Made by a program: the position numbers and the translations under genes. The notes beneath the pieces were generated by a model. The model did no database searches. It saw only the letters and a list, made by a program, of their open reading frames with translations, and was not told the origin of the DNA. Positions 47,899 to 56,108 of a stretch of 64,000 bases of DNA are shown piece after piece. This DNA is from an uncultured Verrucomicrobiae bacterium (lineage in GTDB: Bacteria > Verrucomicrobiota > Verrucomicrobiia > Limisphaerales > UBA11358), in assembly GCA_963806905.1 (NCBI GenBank), contig CAWEAA010000002.1, forward strand, positions 310,640-374,639, read 5' to 3'. How positions within the stretch are numbered: the first letter of the stretch is position 1; each line of letters opens with the position of its first letter.

Positions 47899-48168
47899 TC
47901 ACGCCTGATTCCTCGCCAAAATGATGAGGGCGAGGATGAAGCTCCAAAAAATGGGCCCGGCGGCAGCGCAGACTACACCTCCAATCCGATAAGGCCGCGC
48001 GGCATTCCAAAAACGTTTTTCCTGGACGCGAACCTTTCCTGAAATCACCAGCGCCGCAATTGCGAAAGGCAATCCCCATAGTGGGATCAATCCAAGCAGC
48101 CCGTAAACAAAGCATCGAAGCGAGCTCTTGAGCATCCGGATTTTGGCGCTGGGAATGTCGTCGCTCAT
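47899..48168 (-). CDS. Small two-TM membrane protein (DUF4190-like), last gene of the pilin operon
   Basis: Two hydrophobic segments; 4-nt overlap with the upstream gene. Confidence 0.65.
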   Translation of the reverse strand: MSDDIPSAKIRMLKSSLRCFVYGLLGLIPLWGLPFAIAALVISGKVRVQEKRFWNAARPYRIGGVVCAAAGPIFWSFILALIILARNQA

Positions 48169-48401
48169 TTTGATTCCGGTTTCACCGGCGATTCTACGGT
48201 CGTAACCGCGTTGGTTTGCGAGGCGTTCAACCGCTCAATCTGCCGGTGCTCCAGCAGTTTTGTTTCCTGGTGCAAACGGGAAAGGGCGTTGCCGTTGGCG
48301 GCGACCAAAATCATCATGATCGCCAGCAGAGAGATGAAAACAAAAACAACCGAACCGTTCTGTCGGCGGTGGCAGGTAAAATGGGATTGGGAAATTTTCA
48401 T
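48165..48401 (-). CDS. Short pilin-like protein (GspK/PilX/ComGG-like, no E5)
   Basis: RRQNG|SVVFVFISLLAIMMILV class III-like signal. Confidence 0.65.
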   Translation of the reverse strand: MKISQSHFTCHRRQNGSVVFVFISLLAIMMILVAANGNALSRLHQETKLLEHRQIERLNASQTNAVTTVESPVKPESK

Positions 48402-48904
48402 GGCGTGGTTTTGGCCGCTGCCTCAAACGTGAACAGCAGCGGCAAATGCGTTTCCTTGCGGCGCGATTGCAATTCCAGCTCCCAGCGCCACGCGCTGACT
48501 GGTCCGCGCCTGTCCATCACCATTTGCGACGCTTGGACGGTCGGCAGCAACGACTCTGAGAAATTCGATGAAGCCAGTCGGCGGCAGATTTCACCGGCAT
48601 TGTAACTGTAGAGAATCACGCTCGTTCCATGGGGTATCCGCAAAAACTCTCCCTGCGGCGTGGTCTCGACGGTGATTTTTCCCGTGGCGCTGCGCACGTC
48701 GGCGCGCCAGCGTTCGCCGACGCGCAACGCGGCGGCGATGTCGTCCGTGGCATAAAGCAACGCCTTTGAGTTGTCCCAGCAAAGATAGAATGTCGCCAGG
48801 CCCAGGCCAACGATGACGGCAAACAAGGCGATGTAGAACAAACATTCCAGCAAAAGATAACCGGCTTGAACGCGGGCGCGAAAGATGGAGGGCGGCGGTT
48901 TCAT
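48398..48904 (-). CDS. Minor pseudopilin-like protein
   Basis: RVQAG|YLLLECLFYIALFAVIV class III signal with E5. Confidence 0.75.
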   Translation of the reverse strand: MKPPPSIFRARVQAGYLLLECLFYIALFAVIVGLGLATFYLCWDNSKALLYATDDIAAALRVGERWRADVRSATGKITVETTPQGEFLRIPHGTSVILYSYNAGEICRRLASSNFSESLLPTVQASQMVMDRRGPVSAWRWELELQSRRKETHLPLLFTFEAAAKTTP

Positions 48905-49293
48905 TTGACGGTAATTTCACGGGCGACCGTGCCGACGCCGCGCCGTTGATCCGATTTCCATTCCAGTCGCAAATGTTTTCCGGTCTTGGTCAATTGAAAA
49001 TGGCCGGATGGCAGGCGGGCGGCGGCTTGGGCATGAACGGTGTAAATCTGTGGGCCGTCCGGGAAATCCCGCCATTCGCCGGCGGCCAGAATCTCCATCT
49101 CCCCGTCCACGATTTCCATGGCGACAGCGCGAAAATATTCCGCGCGCAGCAGTTGTCGTTCGTGGACGAACGAAAATGTCAGCGGCATGATGGCCAGCGT
49201 CAGAATCGCCATGCCGACAAGCAAATCCACCATGAGAAAACCGCGCCCGTGTTTGGGTGACGCGCGAAAATGTTGGTGAACATTTATTTTCAT
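48901..49293 (-). CDS. Minor pseudopilin-like protein
   Basis: KHGRG|FLMVDLLVGMAIL class III signal with D at +5. Confidence 0.72.
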   Translation of the reverse strand: MKINVHQHFRASPKHGRGFLMVDLLVGMAILTLAIMPLTFSFVHERQLLRAEYFRAVAMEIVDGEMEILAAGEWRDFPDGPQIYTVHAQAAARLPSGHFQLTKTGKHLRLEWKSDQRRGVGTVAREITVK

Positions 49294-50516
49294 AACAACA
49301 ACGCTCCGTTCAACATTGCCACCAGCAGGCCGAACATGGCCGTCGTAATCAGCGCCACGAGCAAACCGTTCAAAATCACCAGGCCGCTGGTGACGGCATG
49401 AGCAGTGGCTTCCTCCTGCTGAAACGCCTTGGCGTCGAGGGCCTCGTGCCAGCCGCGCAACGCCTCCAAAAATCCACCGCGCGTCCCGCTCCGCGGGATC
49501 GCGTTGGTCAACCGCCAGTGGAATTCACCACTGTCGTCAAACCTGCGTACGGCGTCATCCAGTTTCGTTCCTTGTTCAATCGCGGTAATCACATGTTGTG
49601 CGCGGCGGCGGCAGATTTCGTTGGCGGTGCAATCACCCGCCAGCCGGACGGCTTCGCTTTCCGGCACGCCGCCGTCGAGCAGCACCGACAACATGGCGGA
49701 AAACGTCCGTTGCAACCGTTTTTGCTTCCACGGAATCCGCCACGCGATCCAGTCCACAAACGGCACTCCTCGGAATTGAAACCACCTGGCAAATCGGGGA
49801 CCGCCAATGTAAAGCAACGTCGCGGCGGCCAGCAGCAGGAAAAGCATTATTTCAAAGCCAATCAGCCAGACCGTGTTGGCGAAGACGAATTGGGTTATTG
49901 GCCACAACGCAGCGTTGCTTCCGGCAGCGACTTCCTTGAATCGTGGAACGACAAAAATCATTGTCATCGTGACCACGAAAACAAAGACCGGCGAGAAAAA
50001 CAGAACGACCAAAATCATGTAATGCACCGCGCTCCGGACGGCAGCCGGCCGGTCCTGCAGGATTTCACGGCAGGCCGGCAACACGCGCCGGAGGTCGCCC
50101 AGTTTTTCGCCGGCGCGGAGCATGGCGGAAATTTGCGGCGGCAAAAAGCGCGGGACTTTTTCCAGCGCGGCAGCAAAGCGCAAACCGCCTTCGATGTGTG
50201 CCGCAACCAGATGGAAACGCACGCCCAGAATCCGATCGCGGCTTTGGGCGATGGAAAGAATCATTTCCTCAACGGACTGGCCGCGATTGAGCGCGCTTTC
50301 CAGCAAATCAAGAAACAACCGCGCACGTTCCATCCGGCGCATCGGCAAGGTGAGGAAAAAGTGAATCAAACAAATCGTGCCTGCCATGCTGCCCACCCCA
50401 AAAAGAAAGGAGATCGCCCCCAACACCAGTCTGACCGGCACTTCAATACCTGAAGCGTCAGAATTGAAAATCTGGCCCAGCAGCGGCTGGAAAATTATTT
50501 CAGCGTTCATCGCCAT
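49290..50516 (-). CDS. Type II secretion F / PilC-family platform protein (second)
   Basis: P....AMLRAGEKLGDL; FSAMLSVLLDGGVP..EAV; TM pattern. Confidence 0.8.
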   Translation of the reverse strand: MAMNAEIIFQPLLGQIFNSDASGIEVPVRLVLGAISFLFGVGSMAGTICLIHFFLTLPMRRMERARLFLDLLESALNRGQSVEEMILSIAQSRDRILGVRFHLVAAHIEGGLRFAAALEKVPRFLPPQISAMLRAGEKLGDLRRVLPACREILQDRPAAVRSAVHYMILVVLFFSPVFVFVVTMTMIFVVPRFKEVAAGSNAALWPITQFVFANTVWLIGFEIMLFLLLAAATLLYIGGPRFARWFQFRGVPFVDWIAWRIPWKQKRLQRTFSAMLSVLLDGGVPESEAVRLAGDCTANEICRRRAQHVITAIEQGTKLDDAVRRFDDSGEFHWRLTNAIPRSGTRGGFLEALRGWHEALDAKAFQQEEATAHAVTSGLVILNGLLVALITTAMFGLLVAMLNGALLL

Positions 50517-50520
50517 TTAT

Positions 50521-51510
50521 TTAATCTCCAACACCACCGCCAATCGCGTTGATAAACGCGATCAACGCTGCGAATACGGGTTGAATTTGGGATATGATCA
50601 TTGCCGCCAGTGCCAGAATGGAACACGGCAGTGCCGAATAAAGCAGCAGTTCGGAGCGATACATGGCGCGGGAATGAAAAATCTCGGCGGCGCGGCGAAA
50701 ACCGGCCGTCAAATCCTCGCCGGATTGCGCTACCGTCCAGATGAAAAGGGCCGGAAACGTTTTACTCGCGGTTGCCATTTCGGAAAATTTGCCCCGACCG
50801 GAAGCCAGCCGCTGACGCCATTGCGCAATTTCCCTTTCCGCGCCGGTTCCCTTTTCCAGTTGTTCCACCAGCGCCAACGCGTCGTCGAAGGGCACGCCGT
50901 TTTTCAGCATCAACCACATGGCGGACGCGACTTGGGCCAGGCTCGCTTCCCGGAAAGCGGGCAGCCGCCAGCGTAACATCCGGCGCGCCGGTGAAATGGT
51001 GATGGCGACCAAAACCGCAACCAGCGTCAGTCCAATGAATACCGGCGACATCCACAAACCGGCTGAAATCACCGGAAGCGCGGGATTACCCACGAGGGAC
51101 TGGAGGTTGTTCCAAATAAAGGTGCTGAGGATGAATGACAAGAAGCACGATAACAAAAATGCGGCGAACAACACGATGAGAGGATAAACCATCAGCCCCT
51201 TCAGGCGCGTCCCCAGCAGGTGACGGCGCTGGAAATAATCCGCGAGCATGGTCAGCGCACCGGGCAGGTCGCCGCTTTTGACGCCGACGAGAATCATTCG
51301 CTTGTAAAGTTCTGGAAGTTGACGCGCTTTCAGCGCCTCAGCGAGCGGTGTGCCTTTGGCGAGGTCGGCTTCGAGGGCTTGCAGCTCATCGCGCAATTTT
51401 CCGCGGCGCATTTCCTGGCAGAGCCGCCGCAGCGCGCCTTCGAGCGGGATGCCGTCACGCAGCATCGCGGCGAGTTGTTGGTTGAAGAAGGCAAATTCGT
51501 CGTATTTCAT
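50521..51510 (-). CDS. Type II secretion F / PilC-family platform protein (first)
   Basis: FNQQLAAMLRDGIPL, GVKSGDL...L..LADY, LMVYP; start at MKYDEF. Confidence 0.85.
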   Translation of the reverse strand: MKYDEFAFFNQQLAAMLRDGIPLEGALRRLCQEMRRGKLRDELQALEADLAKGTPLAEALKARQLPELYKRMILVGVKSGDLPGALTMLADYFQRRHLLGTRLKGLMVYPLIVLFAAFLLSCFLSFILSTFIWNNLQSLVGNPALPVISAGLWMSPVFIGLTLVAVLVAITISPARRMLRWRLPAFREASLAQVASAMWLMLKNGVPFDDALALVEQLEKGTGAEREIAQWRQRLASGRGKFSEMATASKTFPALFIWTVAQSGEDLTAGFRRAAEIFHSRAMYRSELLLYSALPCSILALAAMIISQIQPVFAALIAFINAIGGGVGD

Positions 51511-51524
51511 AAGCCATTTAATTT

Positions 51525-51634
51525 GGTGGGGCGAGCGCCTGTCGCGCCGTAGCCCGGCGAAGGCTGATCCCCGCGAGCCGGACTCGGCGCGCCAAAGCGG
51601 AGCGACGGCGGCTCGTCGGTAGCCTCGCCCCACC
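51525..51634. repeat. REP doublet with a nested 30-nt element
   Basis: GGTGGGGCGAGCG[CCTGTCGCGCCGTAGCCCGGCGAAGGCTGA]TCCCCGCGAGCCG ... CGGCTCGTCGGTAGCCTCGCCCCACC. Confidence 0.75.
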
Positions 51635-51654
51635 GCAATTTGTCCGAAAGAACT

Positions 51655-52758
51655 TCATAAGCCGAAGAGCCGTTGGAATTCCGCCTCGTTGGTCACGCCC
51701 TGTTCCACGAGTGCGCGGGCCGAGGCCTCCAGGGTTTGCGCCGAAACGAGCGAGGTTAATTCGCGTCGGCGGATTTTTTCGCGGATGGCTTCGCTCACGC
51801 GCAGCCATTCGACGAGCGGCACGCGGCCCTGATACCCGGTGCGCAGACAGGTTTCACAGCCGGCGCCCTTGCATGCAGAACAGAGTTTGCGGATGAGGCG
51901 CTGGTTGAAAACCAGTTCAACCGCGCTCGCTACGGCGGAATAATCGGCGCACATTACGAGCAGGCGCTCGAAAACGCCGCGGCACGAACCGGCGTGCAGC
52001 GTTGAAATTACCAGATGCCCCGTCAGCCCGGCGCGGACGGCAAGTTGCGCGGTGGCTTCGTCGCGAATCTCGCCGATGATGAGCACCTGCGGGTCCTGCC
52101 GCAGCAAATGCCGCGCGGCTCGGGCGAAATCAAGGCCAATGGCTTCGTTGGCCTCGGTCTGCATCGTGCCGGGAACAATCTGCTCGACCGGGTCCTCGAC
52201 GGTGATGATGTGGCGTCCGCCGAGTTCGGCGAGGTGGCGGAGGCAGGCGTAAATCGTCGTCGTCTTGCCGCTGCCCGCCGGACCGGTGAGCAACAGCAAG
52301 CCGGTGGATTGCCGGAGAAAATGTTCAAGTTCGGCGCAGGCGACCGCGGACAGGGACAATTCGCGGAGCGCTTTCGCCGAAGTGGAGTTGAAAAGGCGGA
52401 GAACGATTTTTTCGCCGGTGACAGTCGGGTAAGTGGCGACGCGGATATCGTTTCGGATTCCGAGTTCCTCCCGCGCAATGCGGCCGTCCTGCGGCAGCGA
52501 TTCCTGATACGTTTTCAACCGCGCCAGGAATTTGATCCGGCCAAAAACGCGTTCGGCAATATCGGCGGGGAGTTCGCGGCCGGGAACGATGAGGCCGTCA
52601 AGCCGGAAGCCGACCTCGGCGGATTTGCCGCGCATTTGCAGGTGGATGTCGCTGGCCCCGGCGCGTTCGGCCTGGCGAACAAGCTGCTCTAAAATCTTCG
52701 GCGCGGTGACCTGGAACTGGTCTGTTTCCGCTCCGTTTTGGTTTGTCCCAACAATCAT
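51655..52758 (-). CDS. Short GspE/PilB/ComGA-family assembly ATPase
   Basis: ASDIHL, FRLDG, PQDGR, GEKIVLRL, GPAGSGKTTT, TVEDPVE, LRQDP..IIGEIRD, TGHLVISTLH, CxxC...CxxC. Confidence 0.92.
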   Translation of the reverse strand: MIVGTNQNGAETDQFQVTAPKILEQLVRQAERAGASDIHLQMRGKSAEVGFRLDGLIVPGRELPADIAERVFGRIKFLARLKTYQESLPQDGRIAREELGIRNDIRVATYPTVTGEKIVLRLFNSTSAKALRELSLSAVACAELEHFLRQSTGLLLLTGPAGSGKTTTIYACLRHLAELGGRHIITVEDPVEQIVPGTMQTEANEAIGLDFARAARHLLRQDPQVLIIGEIRDEATAQLAVRAGLTGHLVISTLHAGSCRGVFERLLVMCADYSAVASAVELVFNQRLIRKLCSACKGAGCETCLRTGYQGRVPLVEWLRVSEAIREKIRRRELTSLVSAQTLEASARALVEQGVTNEAEFQRLFGL

Positions 52759-52913
52759 GGCTTTTTAAAAGGTTGTTTCCATAGGTTCGGACAAAGCTGC
52801 CAAAGGTTCGTCACACGAAAAACCGGGCCCCTCAGGCCGGGTTGAAGCCAGGCTGGCTGCAACGCGTCCGTTCAAATCGTCCCAATTTTGTTTCCAACCC
52901 TGGCCGACCGGTT

Positions 52914-53489
52914 TCAGAAATAATCCGGCTCGTTGCCGGCTTTCCACTTGATGTTGCAGCCCATGCTGGCCTTTTGGTTTGCCGAAACGGGTTTGCCGGC
53001 CAACACGGCGTCGAGCGCGGCGCGCAAATCCTTTCCGGTTACAGGAATGCCGTTGCCCGGGCGGCTGTCATCAAGCTGGCCGCGATAGACGAGCTTGCGC
53101 CCCTTGGCAAAAAGGTAAATGTCCGGCGTGCAGGCGGCGCGGTAAGCTTTGGCAACCGCCTGGGTCTCGTCGTAAAGATACGGGAACAAATAGCCGGCAG
53201 ATTTGGCTTCCTCCTTCATCCTGGCCGGGCTGTCGTCGGGATAATTCGCCGCGTCATTGGAATTGATGCCGACGATGGCAACACCACGCGGCAGGTAATC
53301 GCGGGCGAGTTGCGCGAGCCCGGCGCGGATGTGCTTCACGTAAGGACAATGGTTGCAAATGAACAAAACCAGCAGCGCGGGCTTGTCCTCGAAGTCCGGG
53401 AGCGAGACGGTTTTCCCATTCGTGTCCGGCAATTTGAAATCGGGTGCTGTCGTGCCGGGCGGCAGCATGGTGGAGGGTGTCAATGCCAT
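52914..53489 (-). CDS. Thioredoxin-family (AhpC/TSA-like) protein
   Basis: APDFKLPD, FICNHCPYV, YLYDETQ.VAKAY.AACTPD, GCNIKW. Confidence 0.9.
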   Translation of the reverse strand: MALTPSTMLPPGTTAPDFKLPDTNGKTVSLPDFEDKPALLVLFICNHCPYVKHIRAGLAQLARDYLPRGVAIVGINSNDAANYPDDSPARMKEEAKSAGYLFPYLYDETQAVAKAYRAACTPDIYLFAKGRKLVYRGQLDDSRPGNGIPVTGKDLRAALDAVLAGKPVSANQKASMGCNIKWKAGNEPDYF

Positions 53490-53537
53490 GTGCGGAATGT
53501 GGAACGGCGCACGGAATTTCGCAAGTGGCTAAGTAGA

Positions 53538-53697
53538 AAATGACGAATGACTAAACCATGCCGCCGCGCGGAATGACTAATTCCTAAACCATAATGACGA
53601 AATAAGCCCGAAGCTCGAAAGCACAACCTGGCCGGCGCGTTGGTTATTGGGCCATTTGGACATTCTTTAGTCATTCGGATTCAGGAATTAGTCATTC
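53538..53697. repeat. Inverted-arm heptamer element (AATGACT/AGTCATT), copy 2
   Basis: Shares TTCTTTAGTCATTCGGATTCAGGAAT(C/T)AGTCATT with the copy at 17750-17888. Confidence 0.8.
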
Positions 53698-53763
53698 CCC
53701 GGCGGGGAGCGGTAGTTTGAAATTGTTTTCGATGGCAAATGCGGTTTTCATGATGCGAGCACT

Positions 53764-54297
53764 TTGAAAAACATCGTCTATTTCGATCTCGAAACGCAGA
53801 AATCCGCCGATGAGGTGGGCGGCTGGAACAACATTTCCCGCATGGGGATGAGCATCGGCGTGACATTCAGCACCGCGCGCGGCGATTACAAAATTTACGG
53901 CGAGAAACAGGTCAATGATTTGCTGACGGATTTGCAGCGGGCCGATCTGGTCGTGGGCTTCAACATTTTGCGGTTCGACTACGAGGTGCTGCACGGATAC
54001 ACGTCCTTTGATTTGCGCCAATTGCCGACACTGGACATGATGGTGGAACTGCAAAACAAATTACAGCACCGGCTCTCGCTTGATTCCATCGCCACGGCGA
54101 CGTTCGGTGTGGAAAAGACGGCGGAAGGCTTGCAGGCCATCCGGTGGTTCAAGGACGGCAAGCTGGCGGAAATCGCGGAGTATTGTTGTTACGATGTGAA
54201 ACTGACCAAACTCGTCCACGAATACGGCCAGCGCCACAAACAACTGCATTATCACAATCGTTTCGGCAAAAAAATGACTGTGCCGGTGAGTTGGTGA
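53764..54297 (+). CDS. RNase H-like DEDD 3'-5' exonuclease domain protein (YprB/RNase_H_2-like)
   Basis: YFDLET, VGFNILRFD, LD, YCCYDV. Confidence 0.85.
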   Translation: MKNIVYFDLETQKSADEVGGWNNISRMGMSIGVTFSTARGDYKIYGEKQVNDLLTDLQRADLVVGFNILRFDYEVLHGYTSFDLRQLPTLDMMVELQNKLQHRLSLDSIATATFGVEKTAEGLQAIRWFKDGKLAEIAEYCCYDVKLTKLVHEYGQRHKQLHYHNRFGKKMTVPVSW

Positions 54298-54754
54298 TTT
54301 GGGATTTTATCCGGGTGGCCCGCCTGCGCACTGCGTGCTTCGGCGCAGCAGTCTTCGCTCCTCGTTCTTGTGGTTGCTTTTGTGTGTTGCCAATGTTCCT
54401 GCTGGTCTTGCTCTATTGCCCAGGAGCTGGAAAGGCCCAAGGACGGCGAAATCCCAATAATGGGAGGCCTTTCCCGTGAACATTAAGATATTTAGCCCAT
54501 CAGCAGTTGACAGCGGCTACGGAGTTAGCAGAATTGGCGCAGGAGCGGGAGATTTGCCGGCGTTGGCATGCGCTGAATTTGGTTTTTCATACGCCGCCTT
54601 GTGGCGGGTCCAAATCCTGCAAACCAGCTTTTTACAACCTTGAACCATCAAATCTGTGATGATGCCAGTGCATAATTTTCATATAGTTTTGCAAAAGAAC
54701 ACAGTGTCACTCGCGGTGGTTTTATAAGATTGTGATTCGTTCAAGCAATAATTT

Positions 54755-56068
54755 ATGAACCAATTTTTACCGCTGGGCAAATTTTCCTTCGGCATCGGCG
54801 ACCGGTTTGCGCATCAGGGCAAGGCGCAGCTTCGCGCTTGCATCCGGGCCACCGAACTCGGCGCTCTTTTTGTTCCCGTCTGGAACAAATCCAACCGGGA
54901 ACACACTATTGTCGGCAGCGACCCGGCCAGCACGCGCGCCGCCGCCGATGCCGCCGTCAGGGAACTCGGCTGGGACAAGCCGTATCATGTGGACGCCGAC
55001 CATATCCGCCTTGAAACCGTTGACCGCTTTATTCCTTATTCGGATTTTTACACGATTGATGTGACCGACAGCATCGGCAAACCCGCCAGCGCGTCAGACG
55101 CGAAGACGTTTGTGGATCGCCATCCCGAACTCATCGGCACGATTTCCATTCCGCATATTGACCAGCCGTTTGCCATCACGCGCGCTGAAGTCGAGCGCGT
55201 CGCCAACACATTTTTACTCGCCGCGCAGGACGCGGGAAAAATCTACCAGCACATCGTCAAGGCCAAGGGCGCGGCAAATTTCATCACCGAAATTTCAATG
55301 GACGAAACCGACAGTCCGCAGACGCCGCCGGAATTGCTCGTCATTCTTGCCGCGATTGCCGACCAGAAAATTCCAATCCAGACCGTCGCGCCAAAGTTCA
55401 CCGGCCGTTTCAACAAGGGCGTGGATTACGTCGGCGACGTGAGACAATTTGAAAAGGAATTCAACGAGGACCTCGCCGTCATCGCATTTGCGATCAAGCA
55501 ATACGGACTGCCGGCGTCGCTCAAGTTGAGCGTCCACTCCGGCAGCGACAAATTTTCCATCTACGAACCGATGCGGCGCGCGTTGAGGAAATTTGACGCG
55601 GGCGTGCACATCAAGACCGCCGGCACCACGTGGCTGGAAGAACTCATCGGCCTCGCCGAAGCGGGCGGCGACGGCCTGGAAATCGTCAAGGAAATTTACG
55701 CCTCCGCCATCGGGCACGTGGACGAATTTTGCGCGCCATACGCGGCGGTCATTGACATTGACCGGGCAAAACTGCCGGCGGCAGCGGTGGTGAAAGGCTG
55801 GAGTTCGCACCAGTTTGTTTCCGCGTTGCGCCACGACCAGAGTTGCGCGGAATACAATCCCAGTTTCCGTCAATTGCTGCACATCAGCTTCAAAGTCGCG
55901 GCCAAAAAGGGCAACCGCTACCTCAACGCGCTGAAAAAGCACGAAGCTATCATTGCCAAAAACGTGACGGAAAATCTCTTTGAGCGGCACATGAAACCGT
56001 TGTTGCTGGGCCAGACGAAGACCCCGCAGGCGATTCGTTTGCCGCGGCGCGAAACGGTTCCGGCTTGA
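54755..56068 (+). CDS. uxaE: Tagaturonate/fructuronate epimerase
   Basis: SFGIGDRF, DADH, EISMDET, APKFTGRFNKGVDY, KLSVHSGSDKFSIY, HIKTAGT.WLE. Confidence 0.9.
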   Translation: MNQFLPLGKFSFGIGDRFAHQGKAQLRACIRATELGALFVPVWNKSNREHTIVGSDPASTRAAADAAVRELGWDKPYHVDADHIRLETVDRFIPYSDFYTIDVTDSIGKPASASDAKTFVDRHPELIGTISIPHIDQPFAITRAEVERVANTFLLAAQDAGKIYQHIVKAKGAANFITEISMDETDSPQTPPELLVILAAIADQKIPIQTVAPKFTGRFNKGVDYVGDVRQFEKEFNEDLAVIAFAIKQYGLPASLKLSVHSGSDKFSIYEPMRRALRKFDAGVHIKTAGTTWLEELIGLAEAGGDGLEIVKEIYASAIGHVDEFCAPYAAVIDIDRAKLPAAAVVKGWSSHQFVSALRHDQSCAEYNPSFRQLLHISFKVAAKKGNRYLNALKKHEAIIAKNVTENLFERHMKPLLLGQTKTPQAIRLPRRETVPA

Positions 56069-56108
56069 AAGCTCAACGCGGACACACCGCACAGGCATTT
56101 ATCCGTGA

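Noticed and set aside
53480-53674. 64-aa ORF MTKECPNGPITN
   Set aside because: Translation of the heptamer repeat element, not an independent gene; used only as evidence for the origin of the yidD N-terminus.
54300-54500. Small ORFs downstream of the RNase H-like gene
   Set aside because: No frame has convincing composition, RBS or motif.
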